64,000 nt of DNA. Origin: a virus (Duplodnaviria > Caudoviricetes). Positions 44,660 through 55,405 of this stretch are shown here, piece after piece (position 1 is the first letter of the stretch; every line of letters begins with the position of its first letter). The notes below the pieces were generated by a model. That model made no database searches and was not told the origin of the DNA. It saw nothing but the letters and a program-made list of their open reading frames with translations. Where the stretch lies: positions 1 through 64,000 of IMG/VR virus record IMGVR_UViG_3300009979_000004; one strand, 5' to 3'. A program made the position numbers and the translations under genes.

Positions 44660-45837
44660 GTATAGAAAACAAAATCAGAATACAGAAAGAAGGCAAAGAA
44701 GCATGGTTTGCAAACTATTGCAAAGGGACTCTTGCATGGGCTACCGGAGTTGGAAAGACGAAGGCAGCACTGGATATCATAGAACAACTTCGGCATGACT
44801 ATCTTCAGAGATATGGAGAAGGTATGCCTCAAGGCTTGATCGTAACTCCTACGGAAGAGATGAGGGATAATGACTGGCCAGATGAGTTCAGGCGCTGGTA
44901 TGTAGGTACTGAAGGAATAAAGTTGATTTGCTATGCTTCTCTTGCAAAAGAGAATCTCTCCAAGTATGATTTTATCGTTTATGATGAATGCCACCGTATC
45001 ACGCTGAAGAATCTTCAAAAGCAAAAAGAAGCTAACGTTCCTGCACTCGGGCTAACAGCTACTTATCCCAGAGCAAGATATGAAGATGACAAGCCTAGAA
45101 TAGATTTACTCTATGAAGTGCTTCCACCGGTACACTACATGAAGACAGACGATGCAGTAGATTTGGGACTCATATCCAATTTTGAGATTGTAGTCCTGAA
45201 GTTTGAACTGGATACCGTGAATAAGAATGTCAGAGGCGGGACAAAGGCAAAGCCATTCATGACTACAGAGAAGGCATCTTATGATTACTATACCAAGAGT
45301 ATACGGTCTGCTGCTATGAAGAGCATAGATTCTCTGAAATTTGCTTACGTTAGTAAGAGAGCTCAGTTGATCTACAATCTTCCCTCTCGTCTAAGACTTG
45401 CCCAACAATGTTTGGAAAGGCTTCATCAACCTGGAAAGCGCACGCTGGTATTCTCAGGATCTATCGAACAGGCTAATGCTCTCTGTGGAGATAATGTATA
45501 TCACTCAAAGTCGGATGACAGTGCTCTGAAAGCGTTTCAGAATAGAGAGATTGACATACTGGGAGCAGTGAAAGCGCTTAATGAGGGAAAGAACCTGACA
45601 GCTCCGGATCAGTCCCTGATTGCCAACATAGATGGGGTAGAAAGAAACCTTGTCCAGAGAATCGGAAGAGCTATCAGGAGAAGAGAAGATAACCTGGAGT
45701 TTACTGCCAAGATCGTTATTCTGGTTGCTATGGGAACAGCTGATGAAGAGTGGTATAAGACTTCTATCCGGGACTTCGATTCCAGTAGAATCAAAGAATA
45801 CAAGGTCAAGGTTCCAGAGTTGACAATGGTCTCCTAA
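44656..45837 (+). CDS. Superfamily 2 helicase (UvsW/RAD25-like)
   Basis: TGVGKT, DECH, GLTAT, LNEG and VQRIGR motifs. Confidence 0.88.
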   Translation: MSIENKIRIQKEGKEAWFANYCKGTLAWATGVGKTKAALDIIEQLRHDYLQRYGEGMPQGLIVTPTEEMRDNDWPDEFRRWYVGTEGIKLICYASLAKENLSKYDFIVYDECHRITLKNLQKQKEANVPALGLTATYPRARYEDDKPRIDLLYEVLPPVHYMKTDDAVDLGLISNFEIVVLKFELDTVNKNVRGGTKAKPFMTTEKASYDYYTKSIRSAAMKSIDSLKFAYVSKRAQLIYNLPSRLRLAQQCLERLHQPGKRTLVFSGSIEQANALCGDNVYHSKSDDSALKAFQNREIDILGAVKALNEGKNLTAPDQSLIANIDGVERNLVQRIGRAIRRREDNLEFTAKIVILVAMGTADEEWYKTSIRDFDSSRIKEYKVKVPELTMVS

Positions 45838-45897
45838 AATGTGGAAAACAGATCTTGTAGGGTATCATAAATTCCTTAACTTCACAACCCTTTTATT

Positions 45898-46461
45898 ATG
45901 CAATTGAAGCAAGTTCTTGAATGGCTAATAACTAATGGCTTAGTACAGAATCAACAGGGCAAATTCAAATTCACGAACAAATTCTATAAGCAGTTAACAG
46001 AGGAACATCATCCGGTTTCAGAGACTGGTTTAATGGTTGTCAGTACACAGCAGGAGTTAGCAATACCAGATGTGACTAACTACCATACGTACCGGTACGA
46101 GGACTGGGTAAATTTATATCAGGGCTTCATAATGCAGTGTAAGATTCCAGCTAAGATGGAGAGTAGTAACGGTAACGTATATTCGGGAAATAAATATAGC
46201 GAAGATGGAATGAAGGCTTTTCAAAAAGCAATACGTGACGGATACCGCTATGATGTACTCAGAGTAGCTATAAGCCTTTACTATGCTTCTGGAATACGCT
46301 GGAAAAAAGCCATCGGGTCCTACATGACTAGCGGAGAATGGAGAAGTGATTATGCTTCTCTGCTAAGTGAAGCCAGTAAAGGTGAGCAGTCTTTGAATCA
46401 ACATATTAAACGTAGTATAGATGACAGAACAGGAGCAGGAACTCATTACGAATTGGGATAA
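45898..46461 (+). CDS. Conserved crAss protein upstream of DnaB
   Basis: 187 aa, overlaps the dnaB start. Possible helicase loader (inference). Confidence 0.6.
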   Translation: MQLKQVLEWLITNGLVQNQQGKFKFTNKFYKQLTEEHHPVSETGLMVVSTQQELAIPDVTNYHTYRYEDWVNLYQGFIMQCKIPAKMESSNGNVYSGNKYSEDGMKAFQKAIRDGYRYDVLRVAISLYYASGIRWKKAIGSYMTSGEWRSDYASLLSEASKGEQSLNQHIKRSIDDRTGAGTHYELG

Positions 46462-47617
46462 CTGGAAAGATCTGGAGCCTAATAGTTTCATCTATCAGGT
46501 ACAAAAAGGAAGAGATGGTTTCAATACCGGACTGGAAAATGGTCTGGTCACTCTGAATAAATATATCTACGGAACACAGAGAGGAAGGTATTATCTCATT
46601 GGTGGAGACAGTGGAACTGGCAAGACGACCATAACTGACTTCATGTTTATTCTTAACTCTTGGGAATCAGCGAAGCTCAGAGATATTCCCATCAGGATAT
46701 TCTATTGCAGCTTTGAGATTTCGAGGCTGGAAAAAGAAGCCAAGTGGGTAAGCTACTATATCTATCTACGAGAAGGAAAGTGCATTCCTTCAGATTATAT
46801 ATTAGGTAGAATACCTGGAAGACTTCTTAGCGAAGAAGATCAGGAAATTGTAAAGAAGGCTTACCACTGTGTAAAGGTCATCATGCAGGATATCATCTTT
46901 ATGGAAGATGCAGTCCATCCTACTGCTATCTTTGAGAGCATCATCCAGAACCACTATGAGAACTATGGTATCGTCAAGAGATCTCCAGTGGCCGAAGCAG
47001 ACAAGAAAAAGGGGAAAAAAGGAAGGATACTCGGTTATGTACCGAAAGAACCTGATATGTATACGATCCTGGTAGTAGATCATCTTGCTCTGTTGCAATC
47101 AGAGATGGGATTGAATCTCAAAGGCACCATGGATAAAATGAGCCGGTATGCTGTTATATTACGGAATATGTTTCAGTGTACCTGTGTATTCATCCAACAG
47201 TTCAGCGCCGATATGCTACAGCATAAGAGAACCAGTATGAGGTATCTTGCCGGTACAAAAAAAGAGTCTGCCATCGTTCCAAGTCGCTTAGATTTCGGAG
47301 ATAGTAAAGCTACTTTCAGAGATTGTGACATTGCTCTTGGGATTGTAAAACCTTTTCAGTTTGAACTTGAAAGCTACTGTGATATCAACACATCCAAGAT
47401 TTCTCTGGGAGGTCTGGGAGATTTTATGGTTCTTATGACACTTATGAAGAACCGGTATGGTACTACTAACCGAAACATACCAATGTATTTCAATCCCATA
47501 GCAGGGATTGTAGAGGAACTGCCTTCTCTCAAACTGGATCCCAATGCAGCGGATCCCTGGTATGACAAGGCAACACACTTAGATAAAATATGTCAGCTCT
47601 ATTTTCCTCAGAGCTGA
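46421..47617 (+). CDS. dnaB: DnaB-family replicative helicase (crAss type)
   Basis: GGDSGTGKT, CSFEIS, VVDHLAL, FIQQ, DFGDSK and KNRYG motifs. Confidence 0.88.
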   Translation: MTEQEQELITNWDNWKDLEPNSFIYQVQKGRDGFNTGLENGLVTLNKYIYGTQRGRYYLIGGDSGTGKTTITDFMFILNSWESAKLRDIPIRIFYCSFEISRLEKEAKWVSYYIYLREGKCIPSDYILGRIPGRLLSEEDQEIVKKAYHCVKVIMQDIIFMEDAVHPTAIFESIIQNHYENYGIVKRSPVAEADKKKGKKGRILGYVPKEPDMYTILVVDHLALLQSEMGLNLKGTMDKMSRYAVILRNMFQCTCVFIQQFSADMLQHKRTSMRYLAGTKKESAIVPSRLDFGDSKATFRDCDIALGIVKPFQFELESYCDINTSKISLGGLGDFMVLMTLMKNRYGTTNRNIPMYFNPIAGIVEELPSLKLDPNAADPWYDKATHLDKICQLYFPQS

Positions 47618-48327
47618 TGACTAAATTCATTTACATGGCAAAACTCATAGCTATTGTTGGGGACACTGGTACTGGTAAAAGTACCTCTATCGAGAAGCTC
47701 GATCCCAAAGAGACCTTCGTGGTCAACTGTATGGGTAAACCATTACCCTTCAAAGGCAGCTCAAAGAGTTACTCTACAGAGCAGAAAAATAGTATGAGTA
47801 CGACTCAGGCTGCCAGTATCCTGGCTCTTATGGAAAAGATCCACAAAGAGGCAGCGCATATAAAGAACCTAATCATTGATGATTCCGGGTTCATAATGAC
47901 AGATCTGTTCTTCGCAAAGGCTATGGAGACAGGATATACTAAATTCACCGAGATTGCCAAGGCTTATCAGTCTATGTTGAGCAAAGCCAAATCTCTCAGA
48001 AACGATCTTAATGTAGTATTAATGCTGCATGAAGATGATGAGGTTAGCAACTCTACCAAGGTGAAGAAGAAAGTAAAGACAATCGGAAAGTTACTGGATG
48101 ACCAGTATAGTCCGCTGTCAGCTGTGTCTATAGCTCTATTTACTGCTGTAACGTATGACAAAGAAGGACAGCCTGTCTACAACTTTATTACCAATAGGAC
48201 TTCTATTAATGGAGTAGAAATACCTGCAAAAAGCCCTAAAGGCATGTTCAAAGAATTATATATTCCAAACGATCTTTCCCTGGTATTCAAACAAGCTGAT
48301 GAATACTACTTAGGAGAGAATATTTAA
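47590..48327 (+). CDS. AAA ATPase (Sak4/AAA_24-like); probable start at MAKLIAIVG
   Basis: GDTGTGKST, IIDDSGF, KTIGKLLD and PAKSPKGMF motifs. Confidence 0.85.
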   Translation: MSALFSSELMTKFIYMAKLIAIVGDTGTGKSTSIEKLDPKETFVVNCMGKPLPFKGSSKSYSTEQKNSMSTTQAASILALMEKIHKEAAHIKNLIIDDSGFIMTDLFFAKAMETGYTKFTEIAKAYQSMLSKAKSLRNDLNVVLMLHEDDEVSNSTKVKKKVKTIGKLLDDQYSPLSAVSIALFTAVTYDKEGQPVYNFITNRTSINGVEIPAKSPKGMFKELYIPNDLSLVFKQADEYYLGENI

Positions 48328-48338
48328 AACACACTTAT

Positions 48339-49004
48339 ATGAGTTTTTTAGATTTTCTAAAAGATGTAACACTTGAAGAAATTCCTGTGAGTATTAAATC
48401 ACAGGCTGTTGCTAAGAAGCAATACAATCCGGATGAATCAGTTCTGGCAATCCGTGTCTGGAAAGATGGGGAGATTTATCCATCCAAAGCGCTGGTAGAT
48501 CAGTTCTGCCTTGAGTATCCTAAAGCCACGATTCTTACAGAAGTAGATGAGAATGGCAAGGAAAAGAAGACTTATACATTTGCAGATAAAAGCAATGGGT
48601 TTGATGTCATCGACAGCCGTCTGTGGGGACAATGCAAGGGTGCTGCCAAAGATTTCATAGCAGTTGCTATCGTAGATAAAGAGCTTCCTAAAGTAGATCT
48701 GTTTGCCAATGTGAAATATAATGATGATGGCAGCCCGATTTCCAGCGTACTGTCACAGGGAGCTGCTACTTTTGGTAGTAAAACTCTTCTTCCTATGATT
48801 AAAGAGATCTATGATGTGGAACCAAATGAAGAAGGATATATAGATCTTATTATAGATACTTCAAAGAATCTGAAGTCTATATCTACTAATGGATTATTCA
48901 ATTTTCCAAAGAAGGTTTCTCGTGGAAAACATCAAGGAACAGAGACCTATGAGAGAAGAGAAAATGTAGATATATTTGCTCTTATCCCAGCACAGCTCGT
49001 TTAA
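48339..49004 (+). CDS. Conserved crAss replication-module protein
   Basis: RVWKDGEIYPSKALV...GFDVIDS pattern plus synteny. Confidence 0.65.
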   Translation: MSFLDFLKDVTLEEIPVSIKSQAVAKKQYNPDESVLAIRVWKDGEIYPSKALVDQFCLEYPKATILTEVDENGKEKKTYTFADKSNGFDVIDSRLWGQCKGAAKDFIAVAIVDKELPKVDLFANVKYNDDGSPISSVLSQGAATFGSKTLLPMIKEIYDVEPNEEGYIDLIIDTSKNLKSISTNGLFNFPKKVSRGKHQGTETYERRENVDIFALIPAQLV

Positions 49005-49038
49005 AATAATCTATTCTAATCACTAAATATAAACAACT

Positions 49039-49761
49039 ATGATGACTGTAGGAATCAATGAAAATCTGATTCTGTCGAAAGCAGAACTATTTACAGAGAC
49101 AAATGTATATCTGGCTCTTTCGTTCAGAGAACGCTCTGGTGAAGCCTTGAGCGATTTTGCTCAACTAACTTCCGGTGGAGAAGTAGATACTGGTAATCCA
49201 ATGGATCTGGCTCAAAAACTCTGGTGTCCTAAAGCTCCAAAAGATACTAAGCAGAATGGAGATACAAAGACTAAAGCAGAAAAGGTAAAAGAAGCCAGAG
49301 ACGGATTGGGAGAAATTCAGAATACTTTAGTAGGATTTCTCAAATGCTATACTACTACAGATAAGATCAAACTCAATCCTTTCAAAGGAATGGAAGATGT
49401 TATCAGTGAAGCCAATTATGAAGAGAAAATTGTTGAAGAGTATGTGCTACACAAAGCCTTCATTAATCTCTGTACTCAGTTCATTGAGCAGGTACAACCG
49501 TTCCTAAATAAAGATGAGTTCCCTATAAGGCTATTGTTGCTTCGTCAGAAAGACAAGCATTTCTTGGAGTTGAGAAGAAGATTTATCAAAGATAATCCCA
49601 TAGTAGAACCTATGAGCATTCCAAGGGCCCAGACCAAGCTCAAATTCACCAAGCGTGAGATTGAGAATGGACAGGACAAGATGGAATATCTTACTCAAAG
49701 TGATGCAGATCAAGTTCCTCTGGAAAGTGGAGAAGTGAATGACATCTTCAATGAGAATTAA
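49039..49761 (+). CDS. Putative SSB/recombination-associated protein
   Basis: VGINENL start and acidic C-terminal tail, between the AAA ATPase and primase. Confidence 0.5.
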   Translation: MMTVGINENLILSKAELFTETNVYLALSFRERSGEALSDFAQLTSGGEVDTGNPMDLAQKLWCPKAPKDTKQNGDTKTKAEKVKEARDGLGEIQNTLVGFLKCYTTTDKIKLNPFKGMEDVISEANYEEKIVEEYVLHKAFINLCTQFIEQVQPFLNKDEFPIRLLLLRQKDKHFLELRRRFIKDNPIVEPMSIPRAQTKLKFTKREIENGQDKMEYLTQSDADQVPLESGEVNDIFNEN

Positions 49762-49784
49762 AGATCACTCATAACTAACTGACT

Positions 49785-50777
49785 ATGCAAGAATATATGT
49801 CCTATACGGATAGCGACATATTGGAGCGAGTAGATGAATACTCGCTCTTTTGTCACTATCTTGAATTTGAACCTTTGTTGGGGAGAAAGTATTCTTCACC
49901 ACTAAGAAGCGGAGATAATGATCCATCCTTTGGAATATTTGAAAGGAAGAATAAATGTATGCTTCCCAATGAATATATGTGGAAGGATCAGGCTCATCCC
50001 GTTAAACAACACGGAGATATTTTTGATCTGGTCCAACTATTATATAATCTTTCTTCCAGGGTTAAAGCCTGCTGGAAGATTTGTTCAGACTTTGGTCTTG
50101 GGGGATGTCAATCCAGCATCCATAGTAAACTGGTCTATAAGGAGATTCGCTATTTTGCTGCTACCAATATAAAGATAGTCAGCAGGCCATTCTCTTTACA
50201 AGATCTTTCTTACTGGGATCAGTATGGCATCTCACAGGAGATTCTAAACCGGTACAACGTAAGCTCTATAAAAGCTTACTGGCTTCATGAAGAAGACAAA
50301 TTTCCGTCTTATCCCAATGGATTGGGATATGCTTATAGAATCAATAGTCGCTACCAGTTATACTTCCCAAAAGCTCAGAAGAGAAGGAAGTTTAAAAACA
50401 ATTGGAACTATAGCAACGTTCCTGGTCTTCAACAGTTAGAATATAATTCCAAGATGCTGATTATTACTAAAGCTATGAAGGATGTAATGTGTCTCAGATC
50501 CATGGGTTATGAAGCAATTGCTCCAAGAGGGGAAGGGATTCTCTTACCTGCAGAATGTATAGAATATGTGAAACGGAAATACAGGAATATTGTCGTATTA
50601 TTTGATAACGACAACAAGCATAGAGGAAATGAATATCCTTTCCCCAGAATAGAGCTTCCATTGGAAGATGGTAAAAAAGACATTACAGATTATTACGCAC
50701 ACTATGGAAGAGAGAATACTTCTCTAGTCCTCAAACAATTGTTATATGAATGTATCCAGCAACAAGCTTCAGTTTAG
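49785..50777 (+). CDS. dnaG: DNA primase (crAss DnaG-type)
   Basis: SPLR.GDNDPSF, W.DQ, TOPRIM-like ITKAMKDVM and VLFDND motifs. Confidence 0.85.
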   Translation: MQEYMSYTDSDILERVDEYSLFCHYLEFEPLLGRKYSSPLRSGDNDPSFGIFERKNKCMLPNEYMWKDQAHPVKQHGDIFDLVQLLYNLSSRVKACWKICSDFGLGGCQSSIHSKLVYKEIRYFAATNIKIVSRPFSLQDLSYWDQYGISQEILNRYNVSSIKAYWLHEEDKFPSYPNGLGYAYRINSRYQLYFPKAQKRRKFKNNWNYSNVPGLQQLEYNSKMLIITKAMKDVMCLRSMGYEAIAPRGEGILLPAECIEYVKRKYRNIVVLFDNDNKHRGNEYPFPRIELPLEDGKKDITDYYAHYGRENTSLVLKQLLYECIQQQASV

Positions 50778-51006
50778 AAGTGTAAAAGAAGCAGAAGACT
50801 TTTTAGAATCTACTTATCTCAATAAGGTTATACAATTTGAGCAATATGCCGCTCATTCTACTAAACTTATTGCAGGAAAGGTGGACAGGATAGCACTGGA
50901 TATAGCCACTAAAAGTCCTGGTGTAGTGATAATCATACTTAATGATGGCATGAGGTATGAGATAGAGAAAGATATGTTTTTCAGCATGGTAAAACTACTT
51001 AATTAA
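50746..51006 (+). CDS. Hypothetical protein
   Basis: Tiled ORF. Confidence 0.6.
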   Translation: MNVSSNKLQFRSVKEAEDFLESTYLNKVIQFEQYAAHSTKLIAGKVDRIALDIATKSPGVVIIILNDGMRYEIEKDMFFSMVKLLN

Positions 51007-53708
51007 TGGCAATACATGTAGAAGCTCAAACCCAGGTAGAGGGGGGATTTGAGAAAGAAATAGAAAAATCCTCTGTAGGGATGATGCTGGATATTCTTCA
51101 GAAATACCAGTATCAATATCCGATTCGTTCAATTATAAGAGAGCTGGTGTCAAATGGTATTGATGCTATTTATGAAAGAGAAGCAGCTCTTTCTATATTG
51201 AGGGAAGAAAGTAAAGTAGAAGACCACTATTCCACTATAGAAGGATCTTTATATGAAGATAGCAAGTTTGATCCTTCTTATTACAATCCCGATTATCTGT
51301 CTGCCGAGAACCGTGTGTTTATAGATTATTATCAGTCTAATATGGAAAAGGACTATATTACTATTACAGATAATGGTGTTGGATTGGGTGGCAAGAGGTT
51401 ACAGAAATATTTCAATCCTGGTTATTCGACCAAGCGGCTTAATAAAGCAGCGATAGGAAAATTCGGATTGGGCAATAAGAGTCCTTTATCCATTGGACCA
51501 TTTTATACGGTTGAAAGCCGGTATAACGGGAATCTATTCAGATTCAATGTATATGACGGAAGGGTAGAAAGTCTGATTCCACGATTCAATTTGGAAACCG
51601 AACAAGAGAATGCTTCTATTGTATTTGACAATGGGTACAGGTTGTATTGTGAGAAAACTTCTTTACCTAATGGTGTAGAGATAAGGATAGAATGCAAGAA
51701 GCATCACAGGCAACAGTATATAGAGGCTGTTAAGAATCAATTGCTTTACTTCGATAACATCTCCTTAGTTGTACATGGTGAAGATGGACACATGGAAAGG
51801 GTAGAGTATCGAGCAAGGATATTCTATGAAGATGACCATATTATTCTGTCTGATAACAGCTATTGGGCAAAGCCTCACCTGCTGATCAATCGGGTGAATT
51901 ACGGATTCATAGACTTTGCAGAGCTGGAGCTTGAACAGAAGTTTGGAAATATTGGTATCAAGATGGATCCGGAGATGTTGGACATTAATCCTTCCCGGGA
52001 AGCTGTCAGATGGAGTGAGAAAACCAAGAATGTTGTACTGGAGAAATTCAGAGATGTAGTAAAGATGGCTACTAAATTAGTACAGGAAGAGTTGAAGGAA
52101 TTCGACTTTATTAAGTGGGTTAAGAATTGCTATCAGCTTTCTGTGAGATACAACAGCTCTCATAAAGATACTGTGCTCACCAGGCTTGCAGGAATCATAG
52201 ATCTCTCTGAAATAGAACCTCACTTTCCTGGAGATAAAACCATTCGTTTCAATCCCAATTTGTTTGACTATTTTTCATGCAGAGAAATTATACAGTCTGT
52301 TACGTTTAAGGGTGGAAAGAAGATTACAAAGATTATCAGAAATGATTTGAAACATGGATTAGGCAACTATACGCATCTTCCCATTGTGATCAGTGATGAA
52401 CGGACTTCACCCAGAAAAGACAAGTACCTTTTATCCCAGTACACCGAAGGAGCTTTCATAGTTATCAAACCACCTGTATGGTTATCTGAGGAAAAGATTA
52501 ATCTCACGGAGACTATTGCAGAGATTGGAAGAGAAGATTACGATAAGATAAAGCCTCTCACGACTGCTATCTGGAAAGCTTTGAATAATTCCTCTGAGGT
52601 TACACTTTATTCTGAAGTTGTTGTACCAGAAGATTTCATAGCCACTGAATCTGAGGAGGAAGAAGAAATTGTAAATGAGGAACAGGCAAAACAGATAGAC
52701 ATAACTCACGAGGAGAGAAGAAAGCTTGAAGGTAAAACAGTGATACATACTCCCAGAGTAATTCATCATACCTCTTACAGGTCTCAGGATGTCAAGTTAT
52801 TTGAGTGGCAAAAGCTGGAAGTTCCTATACAAGAGATTAACGATTGGGATGAAGAGGAAATATTTTATGGCAATGATGAAGATGATGAACTCCTGCATCT
52901 TGCAGCTTTCATATCCAGGGATGGCCGTAACACTATGCGTGACCCGAGAAGATATAATTTCTATGCTTGGAAAAGTAGTCTGTATGATGCTAAGAAGCAT
53001 ACTCAAATAGAAAAGCTTTGTACGTTAGAAGAAGCTTATCGCTGTTATACTTTCTTTGACAATCCTGAGATCAAGATTATAAAAGTTGCCAAGACTGTCA
53101 ATAAGTTATATCGGGACTTTAAGCATATCAAACAATTCTTCTTAGACATAAGGAATAAAACTATAACAATGTCAAACGTTTTAATAAAGTGGAATACTGC
53201 TCGTCAGATAAAACCATTTCTTCATAAGCTACATTTCCTCTATAACTTTCCATTCGATCCAAACAAGCAGAATACGTTTCGGGCATTGATGGAATATGTA
53301 CAGGAAAACGGTAAGATTATCGAGCCTGGCTCTCATAGGTATTATTCCATAACTCCGGAAGCTATTACTGACTTAGAAGTGCACATAGAGAAAGTACAGA
53401 ACTTTCAACTCTTTGTTAACCAATGTCAGGACCCGGCAAAAATTGCTGAAGTGGCTAAAGACCTATGGGGGAATGAATCCATAACTGACGGACAGGCTAT
53501 AGACTTGAAGCTCTGGAATAGCTTCAAAGAACTACTGGATTGGGCTGAACCCATACAATCTTTGCTCAATAGTATTTGTCTTCTTACAGGACATGACAGA
53601 TCCAGTATTGACGAATTTAGTGAACATAGAAATCCAGAAGAAAACGAAATTCCCGATGATGTGTACCGTGAAGTACAACAGTATCTTCAGTGGAAAAATG
53701 TATCTTAG
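51006..53708 (+). CDS. rIIA: rIIA-like protein with HSP90/GHKL ATPase domain
   Basis: IRELVSNGID, ITDNGVGL, YSTKR and GKFGLGNKS motifs. Paired with rIIB. Confidence 0.85.
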   Translation: MAIHVEAQTQVEGGFEKEIEKSSVGMMLDILQKYQYQYPIRSIIRELVSNGIDAIYEREAALSILREESKVEDHYSTIEGSLYEDSKFDPSYYNPDYLSAENRVFIDYYQSNMEKDYITITDNGVGLGGKRLQKYFNPGYSTKRLNKAAIGKFGLGNKSPLSIGPFYTVESRYNGNLFRFNVYDGRVESLIPRFNLETEQENASIVFDNGYRLYCEKTSLPNGVEIRIECKKHHRQQYIEAVKNQLLYFDNISLVVHGEDGHMERVEYRARIFYEDDHIILSDNSYWAKPHLLINRVNYGFIDFAELELEQKFGNIGIKMDPEMLDINPSREAVRWSEKTKNVVLEKFRDVVKMATKLVQEELKEFDFIKWVKNCYQLSVRYNSSHKDTVLTRLAGIIDLSEIEPHFPGDKTIRFNPNLFDYFSCREIIQSVTFKGGKKITKIIRNDLKHGLGNYTHLPIVISDERTSPRKDKYLLSQYTEGAFIVIKPPVWLSEEKINLTETIAEIGREDYDKIKPLTTAIWKALNNSSEVTLYSEVVVPEDFIATESEEEEEIVNEEQAKQIDITHEERRKLEGKTVIHTPRVIHHTSYRSQDVKLFEWQKLEVPIQEINDWDEEEIFYGNDEDDELLHLAAFISRDGRNTMRDPRRYNFYAWKSSLYDAKKHTQIEKLCTLEEAYRCYTFFDNPEIKIIKVAKTVNKLYRDFKHIKQFFLDIRNKTITMSNVLIKWNTARQIKPFLHKLHFLYNFPFDPNKQNTFRALMEYVQENGKIIEPGSHRYYSITPEAITDLEVHIEKVQNFQLFVNQCQDPAKIAEVAKDLWGNESITDGQAIDLKLWNSFKELLDWAEPIQSLLNSICLLTGHDRSSIDEFSEHRNPEENEIPDDVYREVQQYLQWKNVS

Positions 53709-53740
53709 CTCTGTGAAGAGTTGTAAATTATAAACACAAC

Positions 53741-54925
53741 ATGATGATAAATGTAAACAGGACTGAGTCTGTTATTTCAGGCTCAGTAAATGGCAAACCT
53801 TTCAGCGTTACTTTCAATGAAGGAAAGTATTCATTGATGAAAAGCCTGGAAGCAAAGTCTGCAGCTGCTCAAACGATGGATGAGCTAAAGGCTATAGTAG
53901 AGGAATTTGAACCTCTCACCAAAGAGTCCTACAAAGAAATTGTAGAGACTGCATCTCCTTATTTATTCGTGAATAAGGCGACTAACAGATTCTATTTGAA
54001 ATACAATAATGTAATATCTTCTAAAGCTGTTCCACAGGCTTTAGTAGATCGTATCTTAATATCCGTGGAAAAGAACATTGATATTACTCCTCTGATAAAG
54101 TGCTGGGTAAGATTCTTGAGGAATCCTAATTTCTCAAACGAAAAAGCAGACCTATTTGCCAAGTACATCAATTCAGAGTATGTAAATTATGAGAGAGTAA
54201 CAGAATTAATGGAAACTGAAGGCCTTAGTGAAGAAGCTGCCATACGTCTTTCCACAACTCCACAAGTAGCTATTACTTTGGAAGGATTGATTGTAGGCTA
54301 TAAAGTATCCGAGGAAGTGAGAGAACGTTATGATCTTAATGAGCAGGAAGAAGTAATCACTAAAAGCAGGTACAAGAAAACTGTTGATCCTGATACAGGA
54401 ATGGTTACTTACGCCGAACCAGAGTATGTGGAAGAGAGATTATTTATTCCTGCAGTACAACGCATGAGTGGAGATGAATTCTGGAGTGTAGGAGTTGATG
54501 TAAACAATCAGCACTATTCTAAGAAAGGACATCATATCCGTGTAGGTGCTTCTCATTTTCTTGATAGCTGGGACCAAGTAGACTGTAACGATAACAGAAC
54601 TTGTGTAAAAGGTCTTCACATAGGTGGATTATCCTACATTCATGGATATCAGAATGAAGGTACAGTAACTCATAACATTCTTGTAGATCCAGCCGATATT
54701 GGAGCTGTATGCAATATAGACCACAGTGATGGAGCTATGAGAGTTAAACGATATTTCGTTCACTCTTCTTTTGCCGGAGTTAACAAAAACATCTATCACA
54801 GCAGCAAGTATGCAGCGATGAATGATGCAGAGTACAGAAAATCTCTTGAAGAGGTAGTTACCAAGACTCAAATGGCCAAGGAAGAACTAGATAAAAATCT
54901 TGCGGAAGCAAGTTCATTAGTCTGA
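53741..54925 (+). CDS. rIIB: rIIB-like protein
   Basis: W.RFLRNP, ITLEGLIVGYK, DCNDNRTCVKGLHIG and VDPADIGAV...MRV motifs. Confidence 0.85.
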   Translation: MMINVNRTESVISGSVNGKPFSVTFNEGKYSLMKSLEAKSAAAQTMDELKAIVEEFEPLTKESYKEIVETASPYLFVNKATNRFYLKYNNVISSKAVPQALVDRILISVEKNIDITPLIKCWVRFLRNPNFSNEKADLFAKYINSEYVNYERVTELMETEGLSEEAAIRLSTTPQVAITLEGLIVGYKVSEEVRERYDLNEQEEVITKSRYKKTVDPDTGMVTYAEPEYVEERLFIPAVQRMSGDEFWSVGVDVNNQHYSKKGHHIRVGASHFLDSWDQVDCNDNRTCVKGLHIGGLSYIHGYQNEGTVTHNILVDPADIGAVCNIDHSDGAMRVKRYFVHSSFAGVNKNIYHSSKYAAMNDAEYRKSLEEVVTKTQMAKEELDKNLAEASSLV

Positions 54926-54934
54926 TGAATTACC

Positions 54935-54967
54935 AGAAGAGATGTGTAGGTGCATCTCTTCTTTTTA
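54935..54967 (+). terminator. Intrinsic terminator
   Basis: AGAAGAGATG/CATCTCTTCT stem followed by T-run. Confidence 0.75.
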
Positions 54968-54976
54968 TAACCTTAT

Positions 54977-55405
54977 ATGACTACAAACGGAAAAAGAAAC
55001 AGAGCAGTAGGACATAACTACGAAAGAGTGGTCGCTGAATCTTTCAGGAAACTGGGGTTCAGACATGTTATTACTTCCAGGAATGGAAACAGAGACAGGG
55101 ATGGGCAGAAAGTAGATCTCGTGAACAGGGATGAACTAGTGAATGGAAGATTCCCTTACAATGTACAGTGTAAATGTACTACCAAAGCACTTGCTTACCC
55201 AAAGCTTCTCAAACAGTTGCCAAGAGTAGATGGTGTGATGAATGTAATCTTTCACAAACAGACTAAGAAATGTAAGTCGAAATTCATGCCCTCTGACAGA
55301 TTTGTAATATTATATGAGAAAGATTTTCTTGAGATAGTTTCAAGGCTTGATAAACCACCTCTCACAGCAAAACTATTTGTACAATCCTCTAATTCCAAAT
55401 CATGA
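54977..55405 (+). CDS. PD-(D/E)XK Holliday junction resolvase-like nuclease
   Basis: GHNYER, KVDL and NVQCK motifs. Confidence 0.75.
   Translation: MTTNGKRNRAVGHNYERVVAESFRKLGFRHVITSRNGNRDRDGQKVDLVNRDELVNGRFPYNVQCKCTTKALAYPKLLKQLPRVDGVMNVIFHKQTKKCKSKFMPSDRFVILYEKDFLEIVSRLDKPPLTAKLFVQSSNSKS

Noticed and set aside
45840-45848. DnaA box (TTTTCCACA, minus strand) as a target of the DnaA-like protein
   Set aside because: I noticed only this single match, and several would be expected by chance in 64 kb.
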